Of a stretch of 64,000 nucleotides of DNA, positions 44,701 to 57,817 are shown one piece after another. The stretch's first letter is position 1, and every line of letters begins with the position of its first letter. Under the pieces are notes generated by a model. That model made no database searches and was not told the DNA's origin. It saw only the letters and a program-made list of their open reading frames with translations. Origin of the DNA: Hormiphora californensis (taxonomy: Eukaryota > Animalia > Ctenophora); the NCBI GenBank assembly GCA_020137815.1, contig CM035351.1, forward strand, positions 7,006,001 through 7,070,000, in the 5' to 3' direction. Position numbers and translations under genes: made by a program.

Positions 44701-44912
44701 AATTCAAGAGCTCCAGTACGGCTGAAAGTTACATGAAGACCTACCATCTCAGCAAGTTGAGGGGAGGGGGTGCAGCTGCTCAGGATGGGTATATGATGTT
44801 CCCGGGAAGTAGGGGTGCCTCACCAACCTACACTTCAGGGTACAGCCCCAATCTGGCCAAGGGGACACCCTCTATCTATCAGAGTAGTGTGGGATTCAGT
44901 AGGTGGAACTGA
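41745..44912 (+). CDS. KANSL3: KAT8 regulatory NSL complex subunit 3
   Basis: LDHCYSRP, DDIDV, W...QHALF...ARLARL, alpha/beta-hydrolase-like GWGIGS, VICVGLPL, PVLFVVG, GADDNL, GLTQSMLD..VLDEI. Several indels at 42620-42960. The 3' end is approximate. Confidence 0.85.
41920..42156. repeat. 24-bp minisatellite containing the KANSL3 exon-1 donor
   Basis: gggggtgttacacat|gtgagtagt repeated ~7 times. Confidence 0.9.
42296..42438. repeat. 35-bp x4 tandem repeat containing the KANSL3 exon-2 acceptor
   Basis: cttcatttcag|atcgctccaccctttgacatgccc, with AG ending at 42308, 42343, 42378, 42413. Confidence 0.9.
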
Positions 44913-45171
44913 ACGACGAGCTGACACCGATACTGGGAGAGAGAGGCCCGCCATGTGAAGAGAATTGAAAGACAATTGGATCCAGCTAGTGTGTGAAGGA
45001 CTGGAGTTTTATTGATGTTTTATTTGTTGTTTATTTTCTGTACTAATCTCTTCTAATCACACATTTACACACTATCCTTTTGTTTATATTTCCTTCCCTA
45101 ACTCCCCCTAACATCCCCACCCCCTAAAACTCTCTCTCTAACCCCACTATTTCTTCTAGAGAGAATTATAC

Positions 45172-47526
45172 ATGGTTAAACGCAAAGGAGGCGGTTTTAA
45201 GAAAGTTCACCTTTCAGAATTTCTTGGTGATGCCCCTATAACCCCTGTAGCCGCTCCGCCCCGTATTGATGAGTGTTCAACCGATCTTAGTATCCCAGGT
45301 AGCGACCACATTGTACAATTGATTGTTGTAACGCAACATATCTTTGCTTTCGTAATTTCGTTGCCAAACCATGTTCTAATGTTACAACTAACAACTACCA
45401 ATCTATTGGTAGTTGTTAGTTGCTATTGCAATAACCACTTCCTATAACGTGGCTTGTGAATAACCGCGTCTTCTAAATCTCCTTCCCCCCATTTCAGCCC
45501 CAAATGAGGCTTATCAAGAAGAAGATATAGACCTCAGTGCCCTACCGAGTGCACCCCGAGCCCAGAGGGAGGGGAGTTTTGACCCCAGTAAGGTTCCCCG
45601 ATACCCACCCTTCACGGCCTTTGTTGGCAACTTGCCATTCGATAGTGAGGACGATGATGTGCAGCAACTCTTCAAGGGTATTCCGGTACGTTGGGTTTTG
45701 TATGTGTTCTAGAATACCACAGAATACAATGACGTAACGCTTCAATTGATGCACGTGATGGTATTGTACGTGATGTATTATGTGTACAATATCATCGTGT
45801 CGTGTACACCACCAGGGCGTGTTTTCTGGATGGGGCGAAACGCGCGCAGCTTATAAAGTGCAATGTTTCAGCACTCGCTACACGCGCAATTCTACACTGC
45901 TGCAATATCCTGACACACACACCGCTCTCTGGTTGTGACACTTCCCTGGTGTGGCGATTACGTCACCAGATAATACAGGGTGTTACATTATCATGTTACA
46001 ATATTTCACACTCTTTCTCAGATCAAGGAAGTTAGACTGATGAAAGATAAGGAAAATGGGCATTTTAAAGGGTTCGGGTATGTCGAGTTTGATACTGCAG
46101 AGGGTCTAATTGAGGCCCTGAAAATGAACGAGAGATTGGTGAGGAATAGGCCAATTAAGGTTGATATCGCTACCACTGGAAACAGAGATGGTGGAGGTAG
46201 TAGTGGAGGTAAGAATGATCTGGGCTTCATTATTATCTGACTAGTTTCCTGATTCCTCTTCTTCTTTATTACCAACTGTAATAATCTCCCCTCCATAGAT
46301 CGATGGGAGAGAGGGGACAGGGGTGGTGACGATCGAGAGAGGAAGCCCTATGTTGATACCACTAGTGACGACTGGAGGCGAGATGTTAGACCTCAGGATG
46401 ACAGGCCCCCAGTAGAGAGGAGGCGTTATGATCGAGATGACCATGATGATAGGTCAACGAGAGAATATAACGGCGGAGAGAGACGAGAGAGGCCCCCCAG
46501 GGAGGATGCTTTTGATAACTTCTCTCGTGCTGACTTTGGATCTAAGATAAATGATGAACCCAAGGAACCTTACCAAATGTAAGACCTAGTAAAACTAGTT
46601 TCGTTACTGACTTTTATTCGTTTCAACAACAACAACAACAACTAACAATCTGCTTATATTCAGGAACCGCGGTGATGGCGAGAGGGGAGATCGGGATAGA
46701 CAGAGGCCTTGGGGACGTGGTGACAGAGAGAGGGACTCTGATAGGCCCTGGGGGCGTGGTGGAGGAGGGGAAGACCGAGAAAGGGACCCACAGAAGCCGT
46801 GGGGTCGAAGGAGGGATGATGAAGACAGACCTCCGAGAGGACCACCCTCTAAAGCAGATGCGGGTCCCTGGGAGAGAACTGGAGGGACTGCTGCTGATGT
46901 AGCACCCGCTCCATCTGCCCAAGCGGAGGGAGAGCGACCCCGGCTCAATATCAAGCCAAGGAGTGCTAGAGCCCCCGCAGGATCGGACAAACCTAAAGTA
47001 GTGGTACGTACAACATACGAAATCGATGTTCGTTGACTAAGTTTAGAGTTGCCTAGCTAGACTGTGTTTCGCATGCCCCGCCCCCGGAACACAAATGTAA
47101 AGGGAGGGTAAGAACATAACAAGTTTAGAGATCAATGTTGGATCAATGTTGGAACCTGTATGTGTGTTGTAACTCCATCCCATATTCAGAGTAATCCATT
47201 TGGAGGTGCTAAACCAGCCGATACGGCCAGTTGGAGAAGTGCACGAGTCCAGGGGACAGGACCCATTACAACACCAAAACCCCAGCCCATCTCGATTGAC
47301 AAGGCTGCTGACAACACAGACCAGGAAATTGTAAGTACATAAAATTAGAAATTATATGTGGCAAAATCAAATTAATTATCATATTTGATGTTCGTCTTTT
47401 CAAACACTGCACAAGCTTTTTTAACAACCTGGTGGCTGGTCAATCGAATAAAATTTCTGACACAATATATAATTTCAGATCACTGATTCCAATAAGTTCA
47501 TGGTACTCAATGAAGAGGAGGATTAG
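45172..47526 (+). CDS. EIF4B: Eukaryotic translation initiation factor 4B (4B/4H family)
   Basis: KKVHLSEFL, LPSAPRA, RRM PPFTAFVGNLPF / KGFGYVEF, DWRR, DR/PWGR repeats, ERPRLNIKPRS, SNPFGGAKPADTA, terminal NKFMVLNEEED*. Confidence 0.88.
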
Positions 47527-47829
47527 GCGGAGCGGACTCTATTTCTCTCAGAATATTTCCCTCCTACGTCATAACATGCTCACGGATAATAATAGGAAGA
47601 TAAAATGGGATCCGAACACTATCCATCTCCCCTGGAATGGACATGTGCTCTTTTAGGCCGCGGTTATTAGTGTTTTCCAATTCTCTCTCTAGAGCGGGTA
47701 TTTATGTTTTTACACAAATCAAACCTACGCCTTTTTACAGATTTCTATTCCCCGATAACCGGTTATTAAAAACAAACAGACACAGTAAAAATCAGAGGGG
47801 CTGCTATAATAGGATCACTCCATATGGCG

Positions 47830-48524
47830 TCACAAGTTGTTTTCGGCATATCTCCGATACTCGTGAAGTACAGCTTTTAGGATCCCCGCTACGGAGGGTT
47901 GCTGCTCCATAAACGCAATAAAAGTGTCTAGACCGCTCAGGGCATCACTCTTGCTGACTCCATCCTGCTGCTGCGGTATTTGTGTTGTCACCCCGAGTAG
48001 AGCCCGCAAAATTTGTCCATCGTCATTAGTCATTAGGGCCCCCGCAGCGGCAGCCCCTGATAGTGACGTCACGAGGTGTGACGTCATGACGTCCAAGTTG
48101 TGTTTCTCTTCTTCCTCCTCGACACGGGGCCGCTTCACAATGACAGGGAGGTCACAGGGAGGTGTTCGGGGTAGAAACATCCACGCTTGGTCTATTAGTT
48201 CCATATCTGTTGGCACTTTGAAGGGTACTTCCGTTGGCCGGTCATCTGGCCTGAGAGAGAAGTCGTTATTGTTATTGGGTGCAGTTTATATAACATCATA
48301 CGTATACTCGCAGGAAAGGATCTGTTTCAAGGGACCACCTTACTAAACAACTTAAATCTCTTTTCCTCTCTCTCAATCTGACCATGTTTGGTGTATAAGG
48401 GTAGTCCAGTTTTGCAGTGTCATGGAAACTGGTGCCATCTGCATCTCCCCCCATTCCTCCTTTAACATCGTGAAACACCTGATGTAACAAGAGGTCATAC
48501 AACAAGTCATTAACATCTCCCTCT

Positions 48525-48581
<57 letters not shown>

Positions 48582-50398
48582 ATCTCTCTCTCTATCTCTC
48601 TCTCTCTCCCTTCATACCTTGTCAAACTAAACGATCCTCCCTCTTCCTGCTCCACAGTACACCTATTGCGAAACCGGGACTTGAGAGCACTGGAAACAAT
48701 TGCCCCGGGTGTGTTTCTATTCGCCAGGCAGCACGGTATCCGCCCTGTCCTAATATCCCCATCTCGCAGACTCTCCGGGTGACACAGAGAGTTATCCAAT
48801 AACAGCACCGCCCGGTCCTCTTGACGTGCCCGGAGGGAGGGAACAAAGACACTATGGAACCATTCTGTGAACAACTCAGTGGTGAGAAGGTGTCCTGTTT
48901 CACACCGCCGATACAGCAGCCCGGGATTGTTGTCGGTGAGGGTTGTGATGTCCCCGGGCTCGGGGTAACCTCCTACTATATTGAGGGAGAGCTTGTGGGT
49001 ACCGGTGATATTGGTACAGACAATTAGAGTCAGTTTGTCTGATTTGTCGAGGGGGTTCCATTGTATCACCTTCTCGTCAACTGTGTATATCTGGTGGAGA
49101 TCATGGGCGTGTTACCATAGCAACCCATAGTTACCATAGCAACTCATAGTTACCATAGCAACCCATAGTTAGCAACTTGATTTAGTTGTTGGAGGTTTTT
49201 GTTCTACTTCTCTGTTACATTGCCCCCTCTGTTATATTGCCCCCGTGTAGTCCCACTTTATACCTGGTGATTGGTGAAGTTCTCCTGTGCATACCGGGTA
49301 TAAAGGTGGTTCAGAAGAAGTCGTTGATTGTGTGCCATCTGGAATGATACCTCTGATCCCGGTACCTAAAAAGATGTACGGAATGTTACCCTAATTCCAA
49401 GGTTACCATGGTAACATGATTCCTTGCAAGGAACAGGAGACCTTGTTATCTCATGTCGTCATGATTTGTATGTTTTGATAAAAAAAGACGTCATCAAGGT
49501 GGTATCGATGTGACAAACCTGGTCGTTGGGAACAGCATCATTTGGGAAGAACGTTATCCCGTGCCTCTCTTTGAACCTCGTTAACCAACCCTGTAAACAA
49601 CTAAGTAGTCTTTGGCAAACTAAAATTGGTATACCAAGAAATGTGGTTTGGTGAGCACGTGAATTCCTCCCATTTCTGTACGTACTGCCTCTTCTGTTAT
49701 CTCACAATGACCTCACAACACGTGGAACCTGCTGCTGCAGAGTAGAGAGATAACACACATACCCGTGAAGCAGTGAAGTGAAGGCTGACTTGTAGAATCT
49801 GACTAAACTGAAGGGCCTTGTCACACAGCTCCACACTCGTTACATCCCTATCCAGGCTTCTCTGTAGTTTGTACCTGGGGGGAGAAGGAGCTGAGCTGGG
49901 TGTCATATCATTGGGAGGAGGGTGTCTACTGCAGGGCGGGGGGTTCTCTCTCTCTCTCTCTCTCTCATTGGTAATCAAGTTAACAGCGGGGTAGTTCTAG
50001 CCCTGTGGGTTCTAATAGAACTTCAAGTTCTATCGAAATGAAGTGAAACTGCCATCCAAGAGGTTCAACTTGCAGCTGTGTGTTATACTTGTAGGTGGTT
50101 CTTCACTCAACTTGTCACGGTACTAACCACTAACCAGTGGTTAGTGGTTAGTAACCACTAACCACACACTAAACAGCGGTTAATGTGTGGTTAGTAACCA
50201 CTTTTGACTTTACTGTAAAGTTTTATATCACTAAAGTTTTATTTCACTATTCACTAACCACTGGAAGACAGCTTCATTCATCCGGGTGATCTTGGTGGGT
50301 CTTCTCCGTACCCTCCGTGTAATGCCATTACCAATAGCAGGTCCCCCTTCTATTGGATAGTTGCCCGCTATAACATGGTCCACCATCCCCGCCATCAT
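47830..50398 (-). CDS. Domesticated pogo/Tigger transposase-derived protein (CENP-B-type HTH plus degenerate DDE_1), intron-containing
   Basis: MNEAVFQWY...VTSVELCDKA...FTASRGWLTRFKERHGI (HTH), IYTVDEK, KLTLIVCTNITGTHKL, FTEWFHSVFVP, AVLLLDN..CHP. Several GT-AG introns; no TIRs. Confidence 0.82.
49110..49176. repeat. 19-bp tandem repeat carrying RFX X-box-like GTTACCATAGCAAC
   Basis: gttaccatagcaac(c/t)cata x3 plus a partial copy. Confidence 0.75.
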
Positions 50399-50848
50399 AC
50401 TGCTAACTAAACTGAAACACAAGGGGCGGGGTGTCAGACTAGACTGTAACATTCAAGTGCGGGACAAGTATATCACAGAGATTTGGAGGTATATTGTGCC
50501 TCCTGTTATTATAATGATTATCAAAATGTCAGTTTAGGTTATATCCCCACCAATCCTAAAACTAAACAGGTACAACAGAGAATACTAGACTTGATCGCTG
50601 TGCAGCTGTACTATGTGTGCAGGTTATCGGGCCGTAACTATAAAACTCGAAAGGGTATAACTACATGCACAGAAGGTTGTTGCACACTTGTAAGACTAGA
50701 GGGAGGGAGGGAATTGGTAAAGAGAGGGGGATCTGCTGCTGCACAGTGTAAACGGGATGGTGTTACACAACACACACACCACCCTCCACGTGGATCACGT
50801 GTATGTCTCCGTGCTATCAATGTATCACGTGAAGCTCAGTAGTGTCAC

Positions 50849-50894
<46 letters not shown>

Positions 50895-50899
50895 TCTCT

Positions 50900-51074
<175 letters not shown>

Positions 51075-51357
51075 ACTGCTCCCCAGTATTCATTACGAAG
51101 TGTTCACTGCTATGTGAAGAGAGGAGAGAGATGTCATGTGACTTGAGACCGCACGGGTCTCTGAGAATGAGATAACCAGATTATAGGGGGAGCTAGGGGG
51201 AGAGTACAGACTATATAACCGAACCGCACTATCACATGACCTGGCAGGGGGGTGGTCATTGGGCCGTTCTGTTTACTCAGCCTTCTACTCCTTGTGTATC
51301 ATCCCTCTAAGTTCTCTCCCCAGTCTCTCTCCCTGACAGTGACCCTCTCTTTCTCTT

Positions 51358-51415
<58 letters not shown>

Positions 51416-52360
51416 TCTTTTCTCTCTTCTTTTCTCTCTTCTTTTCTCTCTCTTTCTCTCTATACCTCTATTCCTCTCTATCTCACTGTCCCTCTCTCTC
51501 TTCTCTCGTCTGGTTCTCTCCAACATCTCATTTCTGTACGCCAGTACACAATTTGTCTCCAAATTCACACCATTATTTTAAGGGCCGGGGTATTCCTTAC
51601 ATCCCATTTCACTAACCTAATATAGCCTAGGATTACAAATTCATTAGATACTGACATGTCAATGTCATGACAGTGCTGAGTGCATGTGACAGTGACACAG
51701 TACCTCAACCTGTACACTGTCTGGCGCCGCGACCCATCTGAGCGCACTGTCGCGCGCTCAGATTAGGGTCTGGTGTCACAATTTATCACGCTGCGTGAGT
51801 GATCTGGTGGGATCGTGGTTTCACGCGCAAATAGTGAGCCGCGCTAAAAATCAGGCGTATTTTGGAACGCCGCGGCGCGTTTTCCTCAAAATATCGCGTT
51901 TTCAAAATTTCAAAAATTTCGCCGGGCAACTTTTCGCAAGTTTTTTTGAAAAAAGTTTTCGCGACAAACTTTTTTGAATTAATGGTAACGGCCCACTTTA
52001 AAAACACAAACCTCAAGTGAGGGTTTTTTGATATGGGTTTCTTGTCACAGAGACTCGCGAAGCCAGTGTTTAATAATTCAAAATGGAGATGTGCGATTGC
52101 TTGTTATGTGTTTTGATTTGATTCTTCTTCAGAAACCACTGTCTTTGTCTGATATAAAACTTTGTTCACGAGAAACAGCAATCCGACACCGGGGTCTCAG
52201 ATAATAAACGCACACCACGATCGGTCACAGAGTGAACCTGCAAAGTGGTACAACACCGAAGTGTCGAGAGTACCCTCGTATCCATCATGGATGGAACCCG
52301 GTATTGTCGGATTGCTGTTTGAAGTAAAGTAAATATATCGTCACGCCTACACACTGTACA

Positions 52361-55300
52361 GATTTAGATCAATACAACTTGAGAATCGAATGGGGGTGTG
52401 GCGCCGCCATACATAGTTTAACAAAGTTTTGTCTGGCACCCCCAGTAGCTACAGTTGCAGTCCCGTTCTCCCGCCTTTTCTCACTTTCAGCTCTGTTGCA
52501 TTTGTTTAGTTTGGAAAGGGGGTGGACTATAGCCGCTGCATCTCGGAGCTGGAGGGTTCCGTACAGTTGTAACACTAGTTGGCAGAAACGAGATGCAGCG
52601 GCTATAGTCCACCCCCTTTCCATTTGACATGTACCGGTGACAGTGCACGCCAAGACGGTAGCCCACCGCTCTCGTTACCATGTGTTGGCCAGTTTAGGAT
52701 CAGTTCGCCCGACCCACCCTTTATATATCAGTTGTTTAATCGCACTGTACGGGAGAGAACTGTGTTAAAGACCTGAATGGAGCCTACTGACTAACACATG
52801 AGAAGGTTGTATCGACCCTGATTAGAATGCAAGGTTTGTTTCTATCAGGGATTCATGATATAAGATCACGATCAATCTGCTAATAGTGTGAAGCAATATG
52901 TGCCTAATCGAGATGAATCTAGCCGAGATCCCTGCTGTATGGCTTGTAAACAGGGTATCGGAGCTGGAGGGTTCCGTACAGTTGTAACACTAGTTGGCAG
53001 AAACGAGATGCAGCGGCTATAGTCCACCCCCTTTCCATTTGACATGTACCGGTGACAGTGCACGCCAAGACGGTAGCCCACCGCTCTCGTTACCATGTGT
53101 TGGCCAGTTTAGGATCAGTTCGCCCGACCCACCCTTTATATATCAGTTGTTTAATCGCACTGTACGGGAGAGAACTGTGTTAAAGACCTGAATGGAGCCT
53201 ACTGACTAACACATGAGAAGGTTGATTCGACTCTTGTTAGAATACAATGTTTGTTTCTATCAGAGATTCATGATATAAGATCACGATCAATCTGCTAATA
53301 GTGTGAAGCAATATGTGCCTAATCGAGATGAATCTAGCCGAGATCCCTGCTGTATGGCTTGTAAACAGGGTATCGGAGCTGGAGGGTTCCGTACAGTTGT
53401 AACACTAGTTGGCAGAAACGAGATGCAGCGGCTATAGTCCACCCCCTTTCCATTTGACATGTACCGGTGACAGTGCACGCCAAGACGGTAGCCCACCGCT
53501 CTCGTTACCATGTGTTGGCCAGTTTAGGATCAGTTCGCCCGACCCACCCTTTATATATCAGTTGTTTAATCGCACTGTACGGGAGAGAACTGTGTTAAAG
53601 ACCTGAATGGAGCCTACTGACTAACACATGAGAAGGTTGATTCGACTCTTGTTAGAATACAATGTTTGTTTCTATCAGAGATTCATGATATAAGATCACG
53701 ATCAATCTGCTAATAGTGTGAAGCAATATGTGCCTAATCGAGATGAATCTAGCCGAGATCCCTGCTGTATGGCTTGTAAACAGGGTATCGGAGCTGGAGG
53801 GTTCCGTACAGTTGTAACACTAGTTGGCAGAAACGAGATGCAGCGGCTATAGTCCACCCCCTTTCCATTTGACATGTACCGGTGACAGTGCACGCCAAGA
53901 CGGTAGCCCACCGCTCTCGTTACCATGTGTTGGCCAGTTTAGGATCAGTTCGCCCGACCCACCCTTTATATATTTGTTTAGTTTGTTCCTTGTTTTTACT
54001 TCTGATTTGTTAGCTAACCCGGTCAGCAAGACCGCAACCAAAGTGTATCTCTCTCTCCCTCCCTCTCATTACATCCTCCTTCTATCTCTCTTTGTGCAAC
54101 TCTTCACTTGCTGCGACGTGTTTTTTGTCCGCTTTTCTGTTCCTCTCTCCGCTCTTTCTACAGAGTTGCAATCTGTCAACTGCCCTGTTTTGATATCTCC
54201 AAGCTCCCCTCTTTGTTACATAGTAACGTGTGTAATGTACATTCTTTCTGTACACCTCTCTCTCTCCCCTTTCTACAGAGTTGCACTCAGTCAACTGCCC
54301 TGTGTTGATCTCTCCAAACTCCCCTCTTTGTTACATAGTAATGTGTGTAATGTACATTCTTTCTGTACACCTCTCTCTCTCCCCTTTCTACAGAGTTGCA
54401 CTCAGTCAACTGCCCTGTTTTGATATCTCCAAGCTCCCCTCTTTGTTACATAGTAACGTGTGTAATGTACATTCTTTCTGTACACCTCTCTCTCCCCTTT
54501 CTACAGAGTTGCACTCAGTCAACTGCCCTGTTTTGATCTCTCCAAGCTCCCCTCTTTGTTACATAGTAACGTGTGTAATGTACATTCTTTCTGTACACCT
54601 CTCTCTCCCCTTTCTACAGAGTTGCACTCAGTCAACTGCCCTGTTTTGATCTCTCCAAACTCCCCTCTTTGTTACATAGTAAGTGGTTTGTGTTTTTTCT
54701 TACACTTCCTTCCCTTCTTGAAAATTAGTTTGACATTTTGCTTCTCTTATAATTTATCTTGCTTTTTATAACCAGATAACCAGATAACATTGAATACGAA
54801 GCTTTCGTACTAGGTTGAGGGTAGTGTCAATAGATGCAAGTAATGAGATTTTTAGTGGCGATTTTATCCTTAAACCGGTGGTGCTCTAGTTTAGTTTTAA
54901 TTATTTATCTCCTATCTATGCTTCTCTCGACTATATCGAGGGAGGGAGAGAGATAGATAGAGACTCTGATCTCGCTAATCGATCCTGAGCTCCGCTCGCC
55001 TATATCTCTCATCTCTATTCTCTCTTTCTCTCTATTATTATATGATTTGTCAGCAACAATTGAAGGATTTTCTGGGACAGTTAGAGAGAAGCAAAGAGAG
55101 CTATAAAGAAAGGCAGAATGTAGTATATTGCTAAATTGCTACACCCTCAATACTGGTTACCCAGTACAATTTAAATCGTATAAATCTCACCGCGAGGCCA
55201 CTGTTAAATATTCTAAAACGCGTTCTTTTTACCATCATCTACTGTGTTCAGTTTCTCTCTCATCTCAGTCATTGAATTATTAATTAGGTACTTTATAGTT

Positions 55301-55721
55301 TATTGCTTTTTATTTGATAATTAACACCCCTACTTTTTACCACACATACTACTGTTTTCTGACACCCATTCCCCCTTGCTAGATGAAGAGATGCCTCTAG
55401 TAAACGGATTAAAGAGTCTTAGCACGGAGAATGTGTCGCAATGTCGGATCGAGCACCAGGATTCACCACGACATAGGAACTCCATATCCCACCCAGCAGC
55501 TACGTCAGATAAAATAGGTCAGTAGACCACCCTGTGACGTCAGTAGTGGCCACGGATTAACGTCATTTGATCTAAACCTGCTAGGCCATCTTTCATTATT
55601 CATATAATTTCAGTGGGTCATGCGTGTGTACGCATATGTTCACCATCATTCAATCGCTGCAATCACGTTTTTCTACCGCATTAGACACAGCTGGTGTCAT
55701 ATCCCCTGTTCCCTTTTAGTC

Positions 55722-55805
<84 letters not shown>

Positions 55806-57446
55806 TCTCACTCTTTGTAGACACAAGTCCTTTGTTCTATACTTCTAATATAATACTAGTTTGTTTTGCTATAGCTAAATGAGCTCCCTTCCTTCTTCAG
55901 ACGTTCACCGACAGAATGATATCTGTAACCTGCCCCTGCCCATCTCCCTTTCTCTGGGGATCACGGCGCTATCAGATAGTAAATTGTATACCTACCACAG
56001 CAGCCAAGAGTTCCTCACTTTCCTAACCGAGAGTGCCAAGGATTTGGAGGAAACAGAACGTGCCAACACTATCAATGAAGCACTAGCCCAGTCTAGAGAG
56101 GTAAAATAATAAATCATAGTTATAATTAGTGTCGATTCTCACGTTTGAGTTTATTTAGCTAACTTTAATTTTAATTGCACCAGGCAAGACCTTTGGGATC
56201 AAAGGGCGGGAACGTGAACGTGTTGAACTGTGTTGTTTATGTTTGTGTTCATGTGGTTTTGAGCATCTGAGCACCGGACTTTTTTACTGGAAATTGGAAA
56301 TATGTTTTTTATGTTAAGGGTTTGTACGCAGAGGTGAACTGCTCTCAAGCCCTGTTATATTATTAGTGTAATTTTTGGATTCTGGTACCCTACGGGGTCT
56401 GAGTGTGTATACAAATTCTGTTGTTTATCCATAACATTTTGTTAACACACCTTGTCTATTTCAGCTAAAGAGGTTGTTGGACGAAAACCAACAAATGTTA
56501 GCATTCGTTCGGAACACACAGAACTTTAATCCCTCCAGTGAGATTGATAACACAGTGGTGGAAAATATTCGACTTTGCCTCAACAAGCACAAGTAATTTA
56601 ACACATTCTCATACCAACACCATTTTAGAACTTCCTTTGATTGTATTTAAAATATCATAAACCTTTTTGTTATCTATAAAATTTAATTAATTACTTATTA
56701 ACTGTTTTTTCTCCCTCAGTAAGACTGTCCTAGCCCTGTGTGAGCGATCAAAGAGCTATAAAGATCAATTGCTGCTTGCAGAATCAGATTTGGACAATCA
56801 CTGTTCCCAGGATACTAAAACAGACCTGCTGGCGGTAAGTTGAAACTCGATACATACTTGCAGATTTAGGATGACATATTTAATAGAGCTACTATAGAGC
56901 TACTATATTTAGAATGATATATTATATTGTCAGCTACTATAAATATGTGATATAATAATTCTGAGTTCCCTAAATATAATTCTCTCTCTAGATGAACAAG
57001 ACACTAAGCTGGATGTCCATGATAGTGCGGTATCACACCTGGGGAGGTAATACTGTCAGTCAAGAGAACACTTCATACCACAGCGACGAAGAACTCTACA
57101 ATCACCATCGCAAACTTAGTAAGTAGTTCAGGCAGCAGGATAGATTATATAATAATCATAGGGGTGTTGATAATCTCATAGCTCGGCCCCAGAGAAAATA
57201 GAGACTTAAAATCCCAAATAGGTCGTATATATAGGTTCGATATATTTCCATAGTTACAAGTCTAACATTTCCACCCTCTACCCAGATCGTCGGAATGGAA
57301 TCAGAATAAGAACGAGGCCGCAGTGGAGCGAGTCTTCAGCGGGCAGCGATAAACAAAGTGCAGGGAGGCCTGATTCAAAGAAAGACACGAAGTCAATAGT
57401 TAAATCCTCCCTGAAAGTGGCTACATTCTCATTTGCCAGGACTTGA
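52361..57446 (+). CDS. Uncharacterised multi-exon helical protein; 5' end unresolved (may start near 52050-52320)
   Basis: Phase-compatible exons ~52361-52424, one 59-nt copy, ~54785-54839, 55034-55092, 55383-55517, 55901-56100, 56465-56592, 56721-56834, 56992-57118, 57286-57446 (ends ...KVATFSFART*). Some indels are needed in the 5' exons. Confidence 0.55.
52514..53971. mobile_element. Insertion of ~3.45 tandem 415-bp units with inverted 5' segment and 14-bp target site duplication
   Basis: Units start 52543, 52958, 53373, 53788. ATTTGTTTAGTTTG at 52500-52513 and 53972-53985. 52513-52545 is the reverse complement of ~52589-52621. Confidence 0.85.
54150..54684 (+). repeat. ~114-bp x5 tandem repeat, each unit an acceptor + 59-nt exon-like segment + donor
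   Basis: ctttctacag|AGTTGCA...TTGTTACATA|gtaa(c/t/g). Copies at 54164, 54279, 54394, 54507, 54620. Confidence 0.85.
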
Positions 57447-57817
57447 GCTGCACTATTCAAATAAAGGACATTACTTAGATTCTATATCAGGAAGATCTTT
57501 CAGAGATATATCGTACAGACTTTTCAGAGCATTATCATAGTAGGTGACGGAATGAAATTTCATCAGAAGGGGGATCTCAATTTATACGCTTTTATCAGGG
57601 TATTAATAGACAACACTACCAGCTTGTCAAGGGCCCCCTAGATGAAGATGCTCATTCCGCCACCATGTAGTTCAGATATAATATCAATATGAAGTAGGTT
57701 TAGACATCAGCCCCATGACACTGTCACTCACAGGACAGTATGTTTCTATTGTTTGGATTTTTAGCATTTTACTCAGTTGGCCCGGGATTTATACTGACAG
57801 TGATTATTTCTCTGTTA

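Noticed and set aside
39673-47526. Functional cap/translation module from RAMAC and eIF4B proximity
   Set aside because: Neighbours are functionally unrelated housekeeping genes, and there is no evidence beyond adjacency.
52543-52957. Hammerhead ribozyme, 5S, snRNA or SL RNA gene within the 415-bp unit
   Set aside because: No CUGANGA/GAAA core on either strand and no recognisable 5S or snRNA sequence by eye. A covariance-model search is still needed.
52543-54684. CRISPR array or tandem small-protein genes
   Set aside because: Eukaryotic context with no unique spacers. The repeated 65-74 aa ORFs are incidental translations of the repeat unit.
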